Positions 38,771 to 52,034 are shown, numbered from the whole stretch's first letter. The stretch is 63,933 bases of DNA, filler included, from Reticulomyxa filosa (GCA_000512085.1; 21 parts of 21 records of this genome joined end to end with filler, not necessarily neighbours in it), one strand, 5' to 3'. Numbers and translations: made by a program. The notes: generated by a model from the letters alone, not told the origin.

Positions 38771-41174
38771 CTAGAAAAGCAAAAAAAAAAAAGAGAGAGG
38801 GACAAACCTTTTTTCATGGCATTGATGACAAATTTCGAAGTTGCATGGTTTACATGTAAACATGACGGTATCCTTAGGGAGATCGACGGAATTACAACTA
38901 TCGCACATTCCATAGGCGCAATAAAGGATACGAGTAAGTCGATGATGTCTTGGACAGGTGACTACATATGCAGTAGTGCCGCACAACAACAAATGCACAA
39001 AACAATGAGAAAAAAAAAAACAAAGTCATCTAAAGTGGGAGGAGAAAAAGTAGGAATAGAAATGAAAAGGACTTATAGAAAGAGTAGGCTCATCGAAGGC
39101 GAGGCTCTTTATCTCGGAGTTGGCTGAAAGTGGAGGCTTGGTAGCGCATTTTTCGCACAAATCGTAATTACACGTCCGACACCCCCAAACGTTTGATGTC
39201 GTCTTGTGACACCCATCACACTCGAACATGCCCATTAAATTTTTTAGTCCATGTTGTCCTGGGCAATTTCTTACTATTCATTTGTTTTTTTAATTTCCTC
39301 TTCTGTTTATTTATTTTTTTTAACAACAACAAATCCAAATAGACAAACATACAAATCTGAACAGGCCCCGATTCCGAAGACGCTTCCTTTGCATGATTGT
39401 CAGATTCCTCGTTGTTTGTTGATGTTTCATTCGAAGCGGAGTTGGTAGTCCCATTCTCTGAAATTATCAAATGTACGAACATGCATATTATATACGTAAA
39501 ATATATATACATATATATGTATATATATGTATATATATTATGTGTATATGTATATTTACACATCCATTGTAAAGAGAAAGCAACTGTGATCATGTTTTAT
39601 GAGTTTGCGTTGGATAATGAATTTGAGAACAGGATAGCTTTGAAAGTCGTTTGTGACAACGAAGATGGAGGGATGAGTGATATCGTCCACCATCGACTCG
39701 TACTCGCGATTGCGATGTTTGCTCTGTTTGGACGGCGGTCGCACATAGTCGCGTTTGCCGATTGTCGATTCCCCACATATCACCCTGCAGTACAACAGTT
39801 CCGCCTGTCCATTCGCCCCATCAAACGCCGCGTAGTCTTTGTAAATCGGATACGACGCGTCTCTCGCAAAATACACTCCTTTGCCATACATATGCGTTTT
39901 ATTGTAATCTCGAAGAAACCCCTTTGTATTATATGCATATATATATATATGTATACGTATATGTTTATATGTATATAAGTTTGTTTTTTTTTTTAGTGAC
40001 TCCATTTATTTAACAACAACAATAAAAAAAAAAAGCCACTCCAAAATAGGAAAAAAGATAAAGAAGTAACCGTTCGACAGATGATATCGACAGTGGCGAC
40101 ATTGGTGCCATGCCAAAGGAATTGCACGTTGAGATTGTCTTTGGTCAGACGTTTGTGTGCGAGCCAGTTGTTTTCCAAGCTTTGATGGTGCGACCAAATC
40201 TCCGAGTTTTGGATCTGATACACGTCTACAATCTCGTACTTGTCACGGTCCACTGTCGCGTAAAACGCTTGCACTGCTTGTCCCACCGATGCATCTTCGC
40301 TCATGCTCATCTTCACGTAGATGTCATTCTCATGCTCGTTGTGGTTGTTCCGCCACCATTCGGGCCCTTTCATTTTACACCATTGTTAACAGTGCAAACA
40401 ACAACCCATTTGAACTTTTTTTTTCTCAAAAAAAAAAAAAAAGGGTCTTTTTTTTTTATAAGTTAAACTTTTTTCATCCTCGTTGTCCACTTTTGTAATA
40501 ATCGCATTTTTGTTGGAGCGTTGGTTCCAACACGACTCACATATGGCCCAATTACACAAGCTGTTGTTATAACCATCCCCCCCCCCCAATTTTTAAGTTT
40601 GATATAGTCAAATCTTTGCAAAAAGGAAAATTAAGACACCTGCAGCTGAAGACCAATGAATTATCTGTCAATGCATTCGCACAGAGTTTACAACATTGAT
40701 CTTGGAACTTCTTTTTTGTTGGATTCAAAGTGTGATGGTTCGAACATGTTGCATTCGTTTCTGTTAATAACTTGTTTGAGGATTCCGTTTTTTGTAGCTC
40801 TTTCTTTTTTTTTTTTTTTTGAAAACAAAAAACATGTAATATGAAATTAATATAGTCGCGTGTTACAGAGGGAGAGGAGGGGAAAAAAAAAAACAAATGC
40901 TTAGACTTGAATTTGCTCTTTTTTTATTTGGACTAGGGAGAGATTGCCCTCTTTCTCTTTGCTCCTCGAATGCATTTTTAGGCTCATCGTTTGGTGAATA
41001 ACATTTGGCACAGCAGCTCCAGTCACATAGCTGGCACCCATACATTACATTTGCTGCCCCTGCCACTGTGACACACAAGTCACAGAGCACACCCTTTCGA
41101 GTTGTTGTAAACTTTGTCAGACCATGCTTTTGTGGACAATTTACGCCATTTTGATCACTCTCGACTATGAACAT
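38771..41174 (-). CDS. PARP-family ADP-ribosyltransferase (mono-ART type) flanked by four Cys/His-rich C1/ZZ-like modules
   Basis: Catalytic motifs QIQN..IW, FLWHGT, GF...YGKGVYFARDASY, LLYCRVICG and YESMVDDITHPSIFVV..DFQSYP. Two C-x3-H...CxxC...CxxC[DN][WYF]xxCxxC modules lie on each side. The exact 3' end is uncertain. Confidence 0.88.
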
Positions 41175-41341
41175 GGCCGTTTTGTATTTTTATTCGTGAA
41201 AATAAATTGATAATTTTTTTTAGGGGACTCTGAAACTCAAAAAAAACTAACACTGTACCTCTAAGAGGAATATCTTATCTGATAGGTGCGAAAAGGTATA
41301 TTTTACATATTGTGATCCATTTTAGAATCTCTAAAAGACAA

Positions 41342-41985
41342 CTAACGTATGAGGCAATATCTGTTGCAAACTAGACATTGCTGAATCGGAAAACAATAAA
41401 AGTAGTAAACATTTATAACACGCCCATTAGTTTTCTTTTTTCTGTGAAACATTTTGAATTTGGAGTTGGGATGTCTGGCAGTGCGCATAATTCTTTCACA
41501 AAAAGGCAAATCTTTTGGAAAATCAGAAGACACTCGATCTAAATATAATTTGGAAAATACAGCATAAAATTCAGATGGAGTGAACCATCTCTTATTAAAT
41601 TCATTTTCAATAATGCAAGCTATCATATCCACGACTGTATCTTGTTTCTTTGCTTCTGTCTTTTCATCTTCACTGCTTTGCGAATCATGACGAGGTGGGT
41701 CTAACACAATTGACTGTTTTTGAGGTTTTGGGCCACGCGTAGGAACTTCTGTTGATCCATGATGTGGAGGAGTTGTACTTTTTTTTGAGTCGTTGTAAGA
41801 TGATTCTATTCATGAATTATTTAACACGAAACAATAGAAGATATTACTAGTAATAAAATTCTTTATATTTGTCATTGTTGTGGCAATTACAGATAGGCAA
41901 ATAATAAAACGTACTTTTAAGTTTAGTCTTTTCATTGCTGTCTTCGTCAATGGGAGAAGAAGAAGAAGAAGAAGAAGAAGAAGAA
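41342..41985 (-). CDS. Protein ending in a fourth copy of the unrecognised His/Cys domain (5' truncated)
   Basis: VVDMIACIIENEFNKRWFTPSEFYAVFSK...PFCERIMRTARHPNSKFKMFHRK...YYFYCFPIQQCLVC. Confidence 0.7.
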
Positions 41986-44851
41986 NNNNNNNNNNNNNNN
42001 NNNNNNNNNNNNNNNNNNNNNNNNNNNNNTTAATTAATTAANNNNNNNNNNNNNNNNNNNNNNNNNNNNNNNNNNNNNNNNNNNNGCGTCCCCAACTCCC
42101 TACAAAGAAAAATTTTTGGGGTTGAAGCCACCCCACATTCAAAACAAAATTAAAAAAGTTTTGTATCTTTTTGTTTTTTTTATTTTTTATTTTTTTTTTT
42201 TATCTGGGAAAATTTTTTATTTAAGAAAAATGTATAATAAAAATAAAAAAGAAAGTAAAAAAATGTTTGAAAATGAAAAAAAAAAGTTGAAAATGTAAAA
42301 GAAAAATAAAAAATAAAAAAAGATTACAATGAGAAAAAGGAAAAAAAAGAGAAAAAAAGAGACAAAAAGGGTAAAGAAAAGGGTAAGAAATTGTAAAATG
42401 AAAAACGGGATATTGTTCCCGGAAAACTTGGAAATGTGCGTATTGCCACACGCACGAAAAATATCAAATGGAAGTGGCCAGTAAGAAGAAGATCACGCGA
42501 AGGAGGACGAAGAAAACAATGCAAAGTCGCCATTCGTTGGTGTGATGGAAGAAAGTACAATCCTCATTGCAAATGCTAACGTCCATTCGATCAGGCCAAA
42601 GTATGTTAATCGTCACTAGAGTAGATGGATTTGTAATTGGAAGACATCACGATATTAAACTAAAACAGTTGGCAAGATTCTCACAGATCAATCGCAGATG
42701 ATATCGATTTTGGTGTCGCCAAAATATAAAAACAAGTTCGCCAAGATGAAAAAAAAGAAGACGTGTCAACGTTATGACGTAGCAGCGGTAGCAGCGACTG
42801 GACCAAAGAAAGAAGACGATGGAGAAAATGACGTGAAATTTGTTAGAAAACGTCGACATCACGATCAAGCAAATTACTACATCGGGTGAATCATCCCATG
42901 TAAGAGTTGGATGAGTGGTAGCTATGTGCAAACAATGGCGATGTGAATTGCAAGGAGTAGCAGACGACTATGATTTGATCAATCCAAGAAACAAAAAAAT
43001 CAAAATTGGCAATCAGCTAGATTGGATTGTGGTCGTAAAAGTGTTATGAACTGGATCGGCATGGCTGACTTTAATCGCTGCGAAGAAATATTGGAAATTA
43101 ATTGGTAGACCAATGATCATGATATAAGTAAAGACGTACAAGTTCACTATCCTTACTTTGTGTTATCATAATTGTGTGTTTCAATACATTGTGCGAAAAA
43201 CCGTATGTACTTTGATAGTCGACGTTCAGTGGCCAATATTGAAATGTGAAGTAGGACCCCGTGAGCAAATAGATAAGACGAGGAAATAAACGAATATCCC
43301 ACTTTCCAAACATTTGCAATGCATTGAAAAGTACAAACAGCAGTTGGTCAACAAATTGAAAATAGCCTCCCATTTGGGGACATCTCATCCTCCAACTCAC
43401 AAGGTGAATTTGTTGACGCGATTGTCAGCAATCGAGTTCGAATCTTGTGGAGTAAAGCATGTGTCTTGCGATAACTTGGCGACGTGGAGTTTTTCAATGA
43501 AAAAGTTAATGAAATTTCGTTGGATAGTTGGAATTATAATGCAATCAGCAGAACTTTGTATTGGATTTTATTTCAATATTGAAAGCAAATTGACGGCAGC
43601 AATGACAACGACCTCGATGACGAAGACGGCGCAACGTCACCTCCGCAAGCGCCATTATCGAAGATCAAATTTAAGATTCGAGCATACGTTAAGTTATCTC
43701 GATGAAAAGCAGTTTGGAGTTGGTACATAGAACACTCACGGACAGTGCGGAGAAAGAAATATTTTGCAGCCAATGTATGTCGTGGCCATTTCAAGCGAAG
43801 AGCCTTCATTTCTCAAGTAGCGATTTCTTTGGTGAATCTGTTCGACCCTAAAACCTCTAATACGCCATTCAAATTGAAACCATTTAAACCTGACGATCGC
43901 ACAGTTTTCGTCAATGGGGTGGCAACAGGTTGAATTGAATAGATTTGATCAAACTTTACGCTTTCGTCTCGTCTTGCAAATATACCGCATCCAGATAACG
44001 TGTGAAAGTTGATATCGGTGTTGGTGCTGCTATGGTGAGCGTTCGCGGACCACTCATCCAACTCAATATCAATAACTTTGCTCGGCAAAAAGATTGTAAC
44101 CAGAGAAATAGAAACTGGAAAAGTCAATTGCAATTTGAAGAAAAGGTCAATTCAATCAAGAATCGTTCCAGATTGATTAAATATAATTTTTCGTGCCACC
44201 TCACTGATCGATAGAGCATTGACATTGAATTAAGTTTGTTTGTTTGTTTATAAATAATTTTTTTAAATATATAATGATATCTTGTGTCTTCTTTATAGAC
44301 TTATGGATTCCTGATGATCAACAAATATCGCTACTTTTAGGTTTTTTCTTTTTTCTTTTTTTGTTGTGAGATATTTGTTTGTAGTCAAAAGATATATCAA
44401 TTGAGAGTGACCTGGTTCGAATGTGAAATGTAGTGTCCAAAAAGAATATGTGCCTTCGCCAAACGAAGATCAATTTTCAAGATTCGATTGGTTCCGGAAA
44501 CGATAGCAACATATGAAAGCGACGACAAAAAGGAAATCCAGCATATAACGGCGAGTGCAAAAAAAAGAAATTAATCTGACCATATTTTTTTAAACGACGT
44601 ATAATGTTGAACTTTGAAATTGAAACAATAGACAACATTATACATTGGAAGGGACGCGAAAGGAGACGGCGTACACGGCATTGGAGTTAGAAAAGAATAT
44701 CTAATGCAAATAAGAAAACTCAACTGCAGTTTTGTTATTATTTGNNNNNNNNNNNNNNNNNNNNNNNNNNNNNNNNNNNNNNNNNNNNTTAATTAATTAA
44801 NNNNNNNNNNNNNNNNNNNNNNNNNNNNNNNNNNNNNNNNNNNNACACACA

Positions 44852-45775
44852 CTACAAACGTCCGTTGGCAAGACCAGTCGCACCATTACATTGCACGCTT
44901 TCAAATCTGCTGTTCCCACCACTCGTCCATTGCTTCAAACAGACGTAGATAATGAAACCTCCAAGTCGGACACTCTTGTCTCGTCGCCCGACACAAGTTT
45001 CGCATCCATGCATACATACATACATGCACGCACATGCATATGTGATTGACTTTGGACTTTCCAAGGAGTGAAAGACATTTAAAAAAAAAAAAAAGAAAAA
45101 GTAATAGAAAACAAAAGAGCAATGGGTTGGGACAAAAGAGCGACGGTCTGGGACAAAAGAGACGACACAGAATGGCTTCGACAACACAACCACACGCAAC
45201 ACAGCAGTCAGCCATTGACGAACGACGAGTTGTCGACCAGCCATTCTCAAGTGCCGCTGCGCGAAGTGAAGCTCGGCAATGACATAACCGGTCTGGCGAG
45301 TGAAGACGTAAGCACTTCGTATCTGCAGGCAACGACAGAGGAACAGTGGTCGATCACGTTCGAGAACAAATTCATAATCGTCGGCCCTCCTCCGGACTTG
45401 GGCACATTGGAGAGTGGTATTAAGCACATTGAAATGCCCAATGCAAAGGAATTACTAAAGAAACTCAGTCATTTGAAGCACACACACAAACATCCGTTAT
45501 GGGTTGACATGTCTTGCGACCATAAGACCTTTGCTGAGATCATGGCGCATATCCATCCCAAAGTGCATCCTCTCACTGTCGAAGATTGCATCTCCAAAGA
45601 CTGTCGTGAAAAGTTAGAGATATTCGATCATTATCTGTTCATCTCCATTCGCTCGCCTTCTCTGTATCGCGAGAGAACACAACACATTTCCATCATTGTG
45701 TTCAAGACCATCATTTTGACCTATCACGAACAGTCTGCGAGGGTCATGGATGACACTAGAAAAATTATCAAACGA
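44852..45775 (+). CDS. CorA/ALR1-family Mg2+ transporter (partial)
   Basis: LWVDM...VHPLTVEDC...REKLEIFDHYLFISI...ISIIVFKTIILTYH is the cytoplasmic-domain signature. The GMN motif lies beyond the contig end. Confidence 0.85.
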
Positions 45776-46025
45776 GTTCAGTTTTTTTATCATTATTGTC
45801 ATTGCTGTTGTTGCTGAAATGAAATAAATGTATTATTTTGCACANNNNNNNNNNNNNNNNNNNNNNNNNNNNNNNNNNNNNNNNNNNNTTAATTAATTAA
45901 NNNNNNNNNNNNNNNNNNNNNNNNNNNNNNNNNNNNNNNNNNNNATATAATATATATATATATATATTTATAAATTGTTGTGATGTTTTGCTTCAACAAA
46001 CAAATAAACAAATAAATAAAATAAG

Positions 46026-47579
46026 AATCTTGCTTCATGGAAGCGGTTCGACGATGTTGCACGATCCACAAATATCGCAACACCACGAAAATCACCTCAA
46101 ATGACGTGCTTGACAAATGCAGAAAGCACCTGCAATTGGAATTAAAGTCGTCAGGAACGTGGGAGTCGCAAGACCCAAGAAGTGGAATTTGGATGGCATA
46201 TGACCACGAAAACGTGTTGCGCATTGAACAATTATACAAAAATTTTGCACAACAAGCCGTTACCAACGACCTGCTTAATTTGGATGAATTGCATCACGTT
46301 GTTGATGTGTTCATTGAGTCGCGAAGATTTACTGTCGACATTCGTCACGGAGTACAAATGAACAACAGTGGCGGCAATCGACCTGTTCGCAGGCGCAAAT
46401 GTATGTCTTGAAAAAAAATAATATATATATATATATGTAGACATATACATGTATATATAATAATGTAATATGGAATCTTATTTATTGAAAGTAATTTGAA
46501 CAAATACCTTTTTTTTAAAAAAAAAAAGCTGCACCAAAAACATCTGTGGCCAACGATCCAGTTTCGCAAGAAGATACTACAGTAGCAACGAGTAGTGCCA
46601 CAGGCAATAGCAATCCAATAAGTTTGTCCATGTCGAGCACGACGTTCACAGTGAGTACTCGCACACATATCAATCCAGCGACAAATGTGAGTATGGCCGG
46701 ATTCTTGAAGCCTTTGCAGAAAATAATGGATTCGATTGTAACAGTGATGACGTCAATGGATGAAGCGGTGGACTCGTACTTGGCACAAACAAAGGCAGAA
46801 AAGAAGGATAACGAAGCATCGGAAGAAAAGACCTTATCCGATTCGAAAAAAGACGACAATGCAATAAACAAAAACGAACCAAACAAAGAGAAGGACAAAT
46901 TGTTATCAAAAGATCATTTAATTGGCTTGATGACCTCTCATCAATTGTTCACTCCAGACGATATGTTGAATGTGGTCAAGAACGTTGTTTACATGTATCC
47001 ATCATTATCCAAAGTTAAGACATTGTGCAAATCATATAAGTGCGGATTGATTTATGTGTGTATACGTCTAAAAAAAAAAAAAATAAAAATAAACACATAT
47101 GCAAAGATAAATGAAACAAATAACATAAACAGTTTGTCGTTTCTCACATCAGTGGAGGTAAGTCATTTATTCAATTTGTCGTCGATCGTTGCCTGCCTTA
47201 TTCCACAAACGCCACGGCGAGCAAGAAGCAAAGCGAGTCGCGATCGATGATGACCAATCGCAGCACCACATTAGCGATGGAGCTGCTATCGACCTTGATT
47301 CACTCGGGTTCATCCAAGTCGCCAATTGACAAGGAGACATTGAAAAAAATTGTCATTTTGTTGGTCGCCCACGTGGAGTCATTGACCAAGTATTTAACAA
47401 GCGACCATAAAGAGCAAGAGAGAGTTTTCCCAATGGCTTGCAGCATAGTTGCGGATTTGGAGGTGCTCGAATCGTTTATCAAAAACGCGCAAGAAAAGCC
47501 CTCACGCTTTGCCGCGCAATTAATGCTCGAAAACTCGTTGATTCAATCTCTGTGCAAATTGCTTGACGGCAAAGTCATG
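46026..47579 (+). CDS. WWE-domain protein with downstream helical region (partial; possibly a large E3 ligase)
   Basis: WESQDPRSGIWMAYDHENVLRIEQLY...FTVDIRHGVQMNNSGGNRPVRR matches the WWE consensus. The E3-ligase assignment is only an inference. Confidence 0.75.
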
Positions 47580-47591
47580 GTTTGTCTTCGA

Positions 47592-47625
<34 letters not shown>

Positions 47626-47725
47626 NNNNNNNNNNNNNNNNNNNNNNNNNNNNNNNNNNNNNNNNNNNNTTAATTAATTAANNNNNNNNNNNNNNNNNNN
47701 NNNNNNNNNNNNNNNNNNNNNNNNN

Positions 47726-48728
47726 TAATTGATCTCTGCCAAACCATTCTTTCTCCTGTTCACTGAGTTTACGCTTGCGATAAGGATTGCATGCAGCAAG
47801 AATTTTAATCTCATCTGGTATTTTGACTCCATCAAGAGAATGATTGCAAATTAATTCATTGAACCAACCAATATCAGGTGAAGTGTTGAATTCATCTAAG
47901 AAAAGCCAAATTTCTTTCGGATTACGCTGAGATTCATTTTCTTTCGACTCAACCATGTTTTCCATTGGTTTTAATCTTTTTTTGCAATTCTTAATAATTT
48001 CATGGATATGAGTTCTGTCAATACCTCCATGGATGTCAACAGCTTCCAATTCAGTGTCAGTTGCACATGCAAGATATTTTATTAAGACTGTCTTCCCACA
48101 TCCTGTTTCTCCCATCAACACAGTCGGAAGATTGGATCGAATGTTGAAGACGATATTTATCATTTTCAAAATATTGTCATAAGTCAACACGTAATGCTTG
48201 AATTCCCCTTCACACAATTTCTTTGTTATTGCGTCCTTCTTTGCTTCTGGTACTCCCACTGCTCGACACAATACTTCAATTCTTTTTTTTTTTTCTTCGA
48301 GAATATCTTCGTTTGATGGAATCTTGATCGTTGACCCCTATCGTATTTGTGATTACATTTATTTATTTATTTATCTATTCGAAACATATATGTTAACAGT
48401 CATCCATGCCCATAATCGTTGCAATTTGTTCATCTCTTCTTTCCAACAAAGTAGGATAAACTTTGCCTTTTTCAAAAACTCATGCTCTTCATCTTTCATG
48501 TCATTTTCATTGGAAATCATCAATGAGATGGATCCTTTTTCACATCACATATTCTTTAATCTGTTTAAAAAGAAACATATTGGCATATCAGAAAATTTTT
48601 TTTTTGCAATTCTAGTTACCGTCTTGGTTAATCAGAAAGAATTTGGAAGATTGCCATTTTTTGCACAAGCAAAATTGGGTATCATTTTCCTTGGCACTTG
48701 CATCTGTAAAAAATAATTCTTTGGCAAT
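47726..48728 (-). CDS. RNF213/mysterin-like dynein-type AAA+ ATPase (internal fragment)
   Basis: YVLTYDNILKM...LPTVLMGETGCGKT (Walker A), IHGG, LFLDEFNT (Walker B), ELIC.HSLDG and ILAACNPYRKR, in RNF213-family order. Confidence 0.85.
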
Positions 48729-49289
48729 NNNNNNNNNNNNNNNNNNNNNNNNNNNNNNNNNNNNNNNNNNNNTTAATTAATTAANNNNNNNNNNNNNNNN
48801 NNNNNNNNNNNNNNNNNNNNNNNNNNNNTCTTTCTTTTTTTTAAAAAACTTATTAGATTATCCATTGATCATTTTGGTAAGAAGAACCTTGGTATCTTCG
48901 AAAACAAATAGGAGCAAAAGGATATTTGATGAAGAGCAAATCAGAGTGGCTCAATCATGTTATAGCCAAGAACTGGCTTTTGCAAACAAATTGGTCTGAA
49001 GACATCCAAATTTTATTTGTGAGAAATGTTTGAAAGATTTTCTTACAAACAATAATAACTCATTAAGATAATGATATTTCTTCATTTTTCATTCTATCAT
49101 CACAAATGACAAAACCATAGAAAAAGAGAAGAAATTGTTTTGATCATGTACTAAATTTTTTTGGAATAAAATGATGGAATGCATAATCAGTTGTTATACA
49201 TTCAGATAATATTGAAGAAGAAAGAAGTTTGGAAGAAATTAAAAGGAGAATTGGAAAAAGATTTTTGAGAGAAATTTTATGTATTAAGT

Positions 49290-49800
49290 TTGTATTGCTT
49301 CATGATCCAGAACACAAATATCTATCATGATTAAATGGCGAAAATTCAATACAACTAATCCATTCAGTGCGCTCATTAAATATTTGTAATTGTTGATTAT
49401 TTTTGATATCCCAAAAACGAATAGTTATATCAACTGATGAAGAGCAAATGACATTAAGATTATAATTATGATGATAATTTCACACATGTCACACAATATG
49501 AATGTCCATTGAATGATTCAATTTGTTTATTGCTATCAACATCACATATACGAATTATATTATCTTCTGATCCAGAACAAAGTTATCGAGTGTTAAATAA
49601 TCAATACTACACAAAACATGAATTTATCCAGTAAATGTTTTATAAACAAAATGTTTCAAACATGAAACGAGCAGTTGCCTATGTCAAATAGTGAAATAAA
49701 TAATTTCATAAAATAAATATTTCAATTGAAACAAAACACAACATAATTGACAATAGATTTGTCAAAATCACTGTTCTACACTAATTTTGTCATTAATTTT
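49290..49800 (-). pseudogene. Decayed WD40-family gene
   Basis: NVICSSSVDITIRFWDIKNNQQLQIFNERTEWISCIEFSPFNHDRYLCSGS* and CSGSEDNIIRICD, broken by stops and deletions. Confidence 0.75.
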
Positions 49801-50355
49801 CGAGACCAATATCAACTAATTCATCACGAATCGTGTACAAAATACAGTAAAAATCTAAAGCCAATCAAATTTGAAAGTTTGAAATAATTCTAGTTGGGCT
49901 GAAAGTACCCCTTCTTCCAATTTTTTTGCATTGACGTGATTTATTTGGAAATCAATTTTTATTTTTATTTTCTATCGTACACTCAAAACGAATACAGTTA
50001 TCAACAACTGCAATGAAATTACTTTGTTTATCTTTTGATGAATAATGAAATATGTGAGTAAAAAATTAAACGACCACAATCATTTAAACTCAACTGAAGA
50101 GATAATGATTCCTACAATGATTAGTATGAAATAATAATCACTTATTTATTTAATAATATTATATTAACAATAGCATATCACAACTTCAACACAATTGTAT
50201 AAATATGTCTTTTTTTAAAAAAATGAAATCTTCAGTAATTTTATCCTTTGAAAAANNNNNNNNNNNNNNNNNNNNNNNNNNNNNNNNNNNNNNNNNNNNT
50301 TAATTAATTAANNNNNNNNNNNNNNNNNNNNNNNNNNNNNNNNNNNNNNNNNNNN

Positions 50356-52034
50356 GGATTCCAGTCATGGCATAACACTTCGGAGTTGTTATTGAGATTA
50401 ACAGAATCATCACAATGCTGTCACGTATGCAGTGTTATTGGATATATCATCTACTTATGATAGTGTTTGGAGATGCGAATTTATATTAAAAAGGAGATTG
50501 TATTGATGGTTGAACAGTTTTCTATCCAATCGAATTGAACAGTATTAAATAGAACAAATTCAAGCATTAAACAATTCAATACAAAAGTACCACAAGGATC
50601 ATTACTATCCCCTTTGTTATTCCTATTATATATTAATGACATCGCACAAGCAGTCTAGCGTCCAATCCAATGTGGAATGTTTGCAGATGATGTCGCTTTA
50701 TGGACATTCATCTACACCGTGATATTCATGGAAAAGCATATTTGACATTCCTGTGTTCATAGTGTTCATACAAAGGTATTAGGCTGAGTTTGAGCGTATA
50801 CAATTTATTATACAAGGCAATTATCAGACCATCATTGGAATATGCTTGTGCATTTTGGAATAGTGCTGATTGTTACAAACGAAAATTGAAAGGATCCAAA
50901 GAGTATCAATATGTAGAATCCTTGGAGTTATGAATTCTACAGCATATGATCCATTGGAATTACGACGAAGACAAGAAGAAGTAAAATTATTCCAGAAATG
51001 TGTGAGATGGAATGATAAGTTCACAAATCATAATTTAACATTGGGATATCAATTGTGGAAATCGAACCATGAATTTAAGATTTTGTTGGCGTGGGAAATT
51101 GCCTCGAGCGTTTATTCATGATGCAGAGGTAGGAATGTCAATTTCATAGATCGGTCAATATCCACATTGGAATAAGCCACCAAATCAAATTGACAAGCTT
51201 CTACATTCGAATAAATCACCATTCGTGAAGTGGCAAACCGACACAAGAACAAGTATTGGCATCATTGGATGGAAATGCTATTGTCATCTTTGCAGATGGA
51301 AGTACCAGAAATTGGTTATCCAAGACCCATCACTTCCACAATGGTGTTTCCGATTAAAGGTATTACTACCATGAGGTTGAAGCGATTCGACAAGCATTGC
51401 AATATATCCAAGAGCAATACAAATACAAAAACACCAGAGTTGTTATCCTTTCTGGTTGTAAATTTGCTGTGAATGTGATTCACAACAAATACAATTCAAA
51501 AACATACAATTATCCAACCGCTGACTGCCAGAAGATAATGAAAGACTTGGGATAGAATGGCGTTCCTGAAGTCTATTAAATTAAAGGATATTCTGGTATT
51601 CCTGGGAATGATGTTGTGGCAAAGAGAGCAAGATTCAAAGCTGAAGTAAATCAACTTGAATTGTTCCAAAGACCAGATCGAACAGCTCCGTTCCTGAATT
51701 TCCATGGATTGAATACATTCTGCGCTCATGTACTCCTAATCTGTGAAGTCTCATTTCCTTCACAAATCCAATGCCTGTTCCATTCTTCAGTGAGGAACAT
51801 CTGTAGAGTGATTACAGGCAAAATTGGATTAAATGGATATTTATTCAAGATCAAACAAGTGCAGGAGAAGAAACTGTGGAGCATTTCCTGATGGAATATC
51901 TACATTATCAAGGACTCAGAGATGCATGGTGAGCATCAATCAATACATTGTTGCCGTTCTTAACCTGAGAAGTTTGGTGATTGGAAACAAGACATGGGAA
52001 CCTTCAACAAGAATTAAAATAAAATAAAAAAAAA
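50356..52034 (+). mobile_element. Degenerate non-LTR retrotransposon (LINE): RT, RNase H and 3' region
   Basis: RT motifs WLNSFLSNR, VPQGSLLSPLLFLLYINDI, MFADDVALW, LYKAIIRPSLEYA and KIERIQR. RNase H motifs IFADGS, VVILS and IKGYSGIPGND..AK. Then ITGKIGLNGYLFKI and an A-rich tail. Many stops and frameshifts. Confidence 0.9.

Noticed and set aside
38771-48728. PARP + WWE + RNF213 as one immune gene cluster
   Set aside because: They lie on different contigs separated by linkers, so their proximity is arbitrary.
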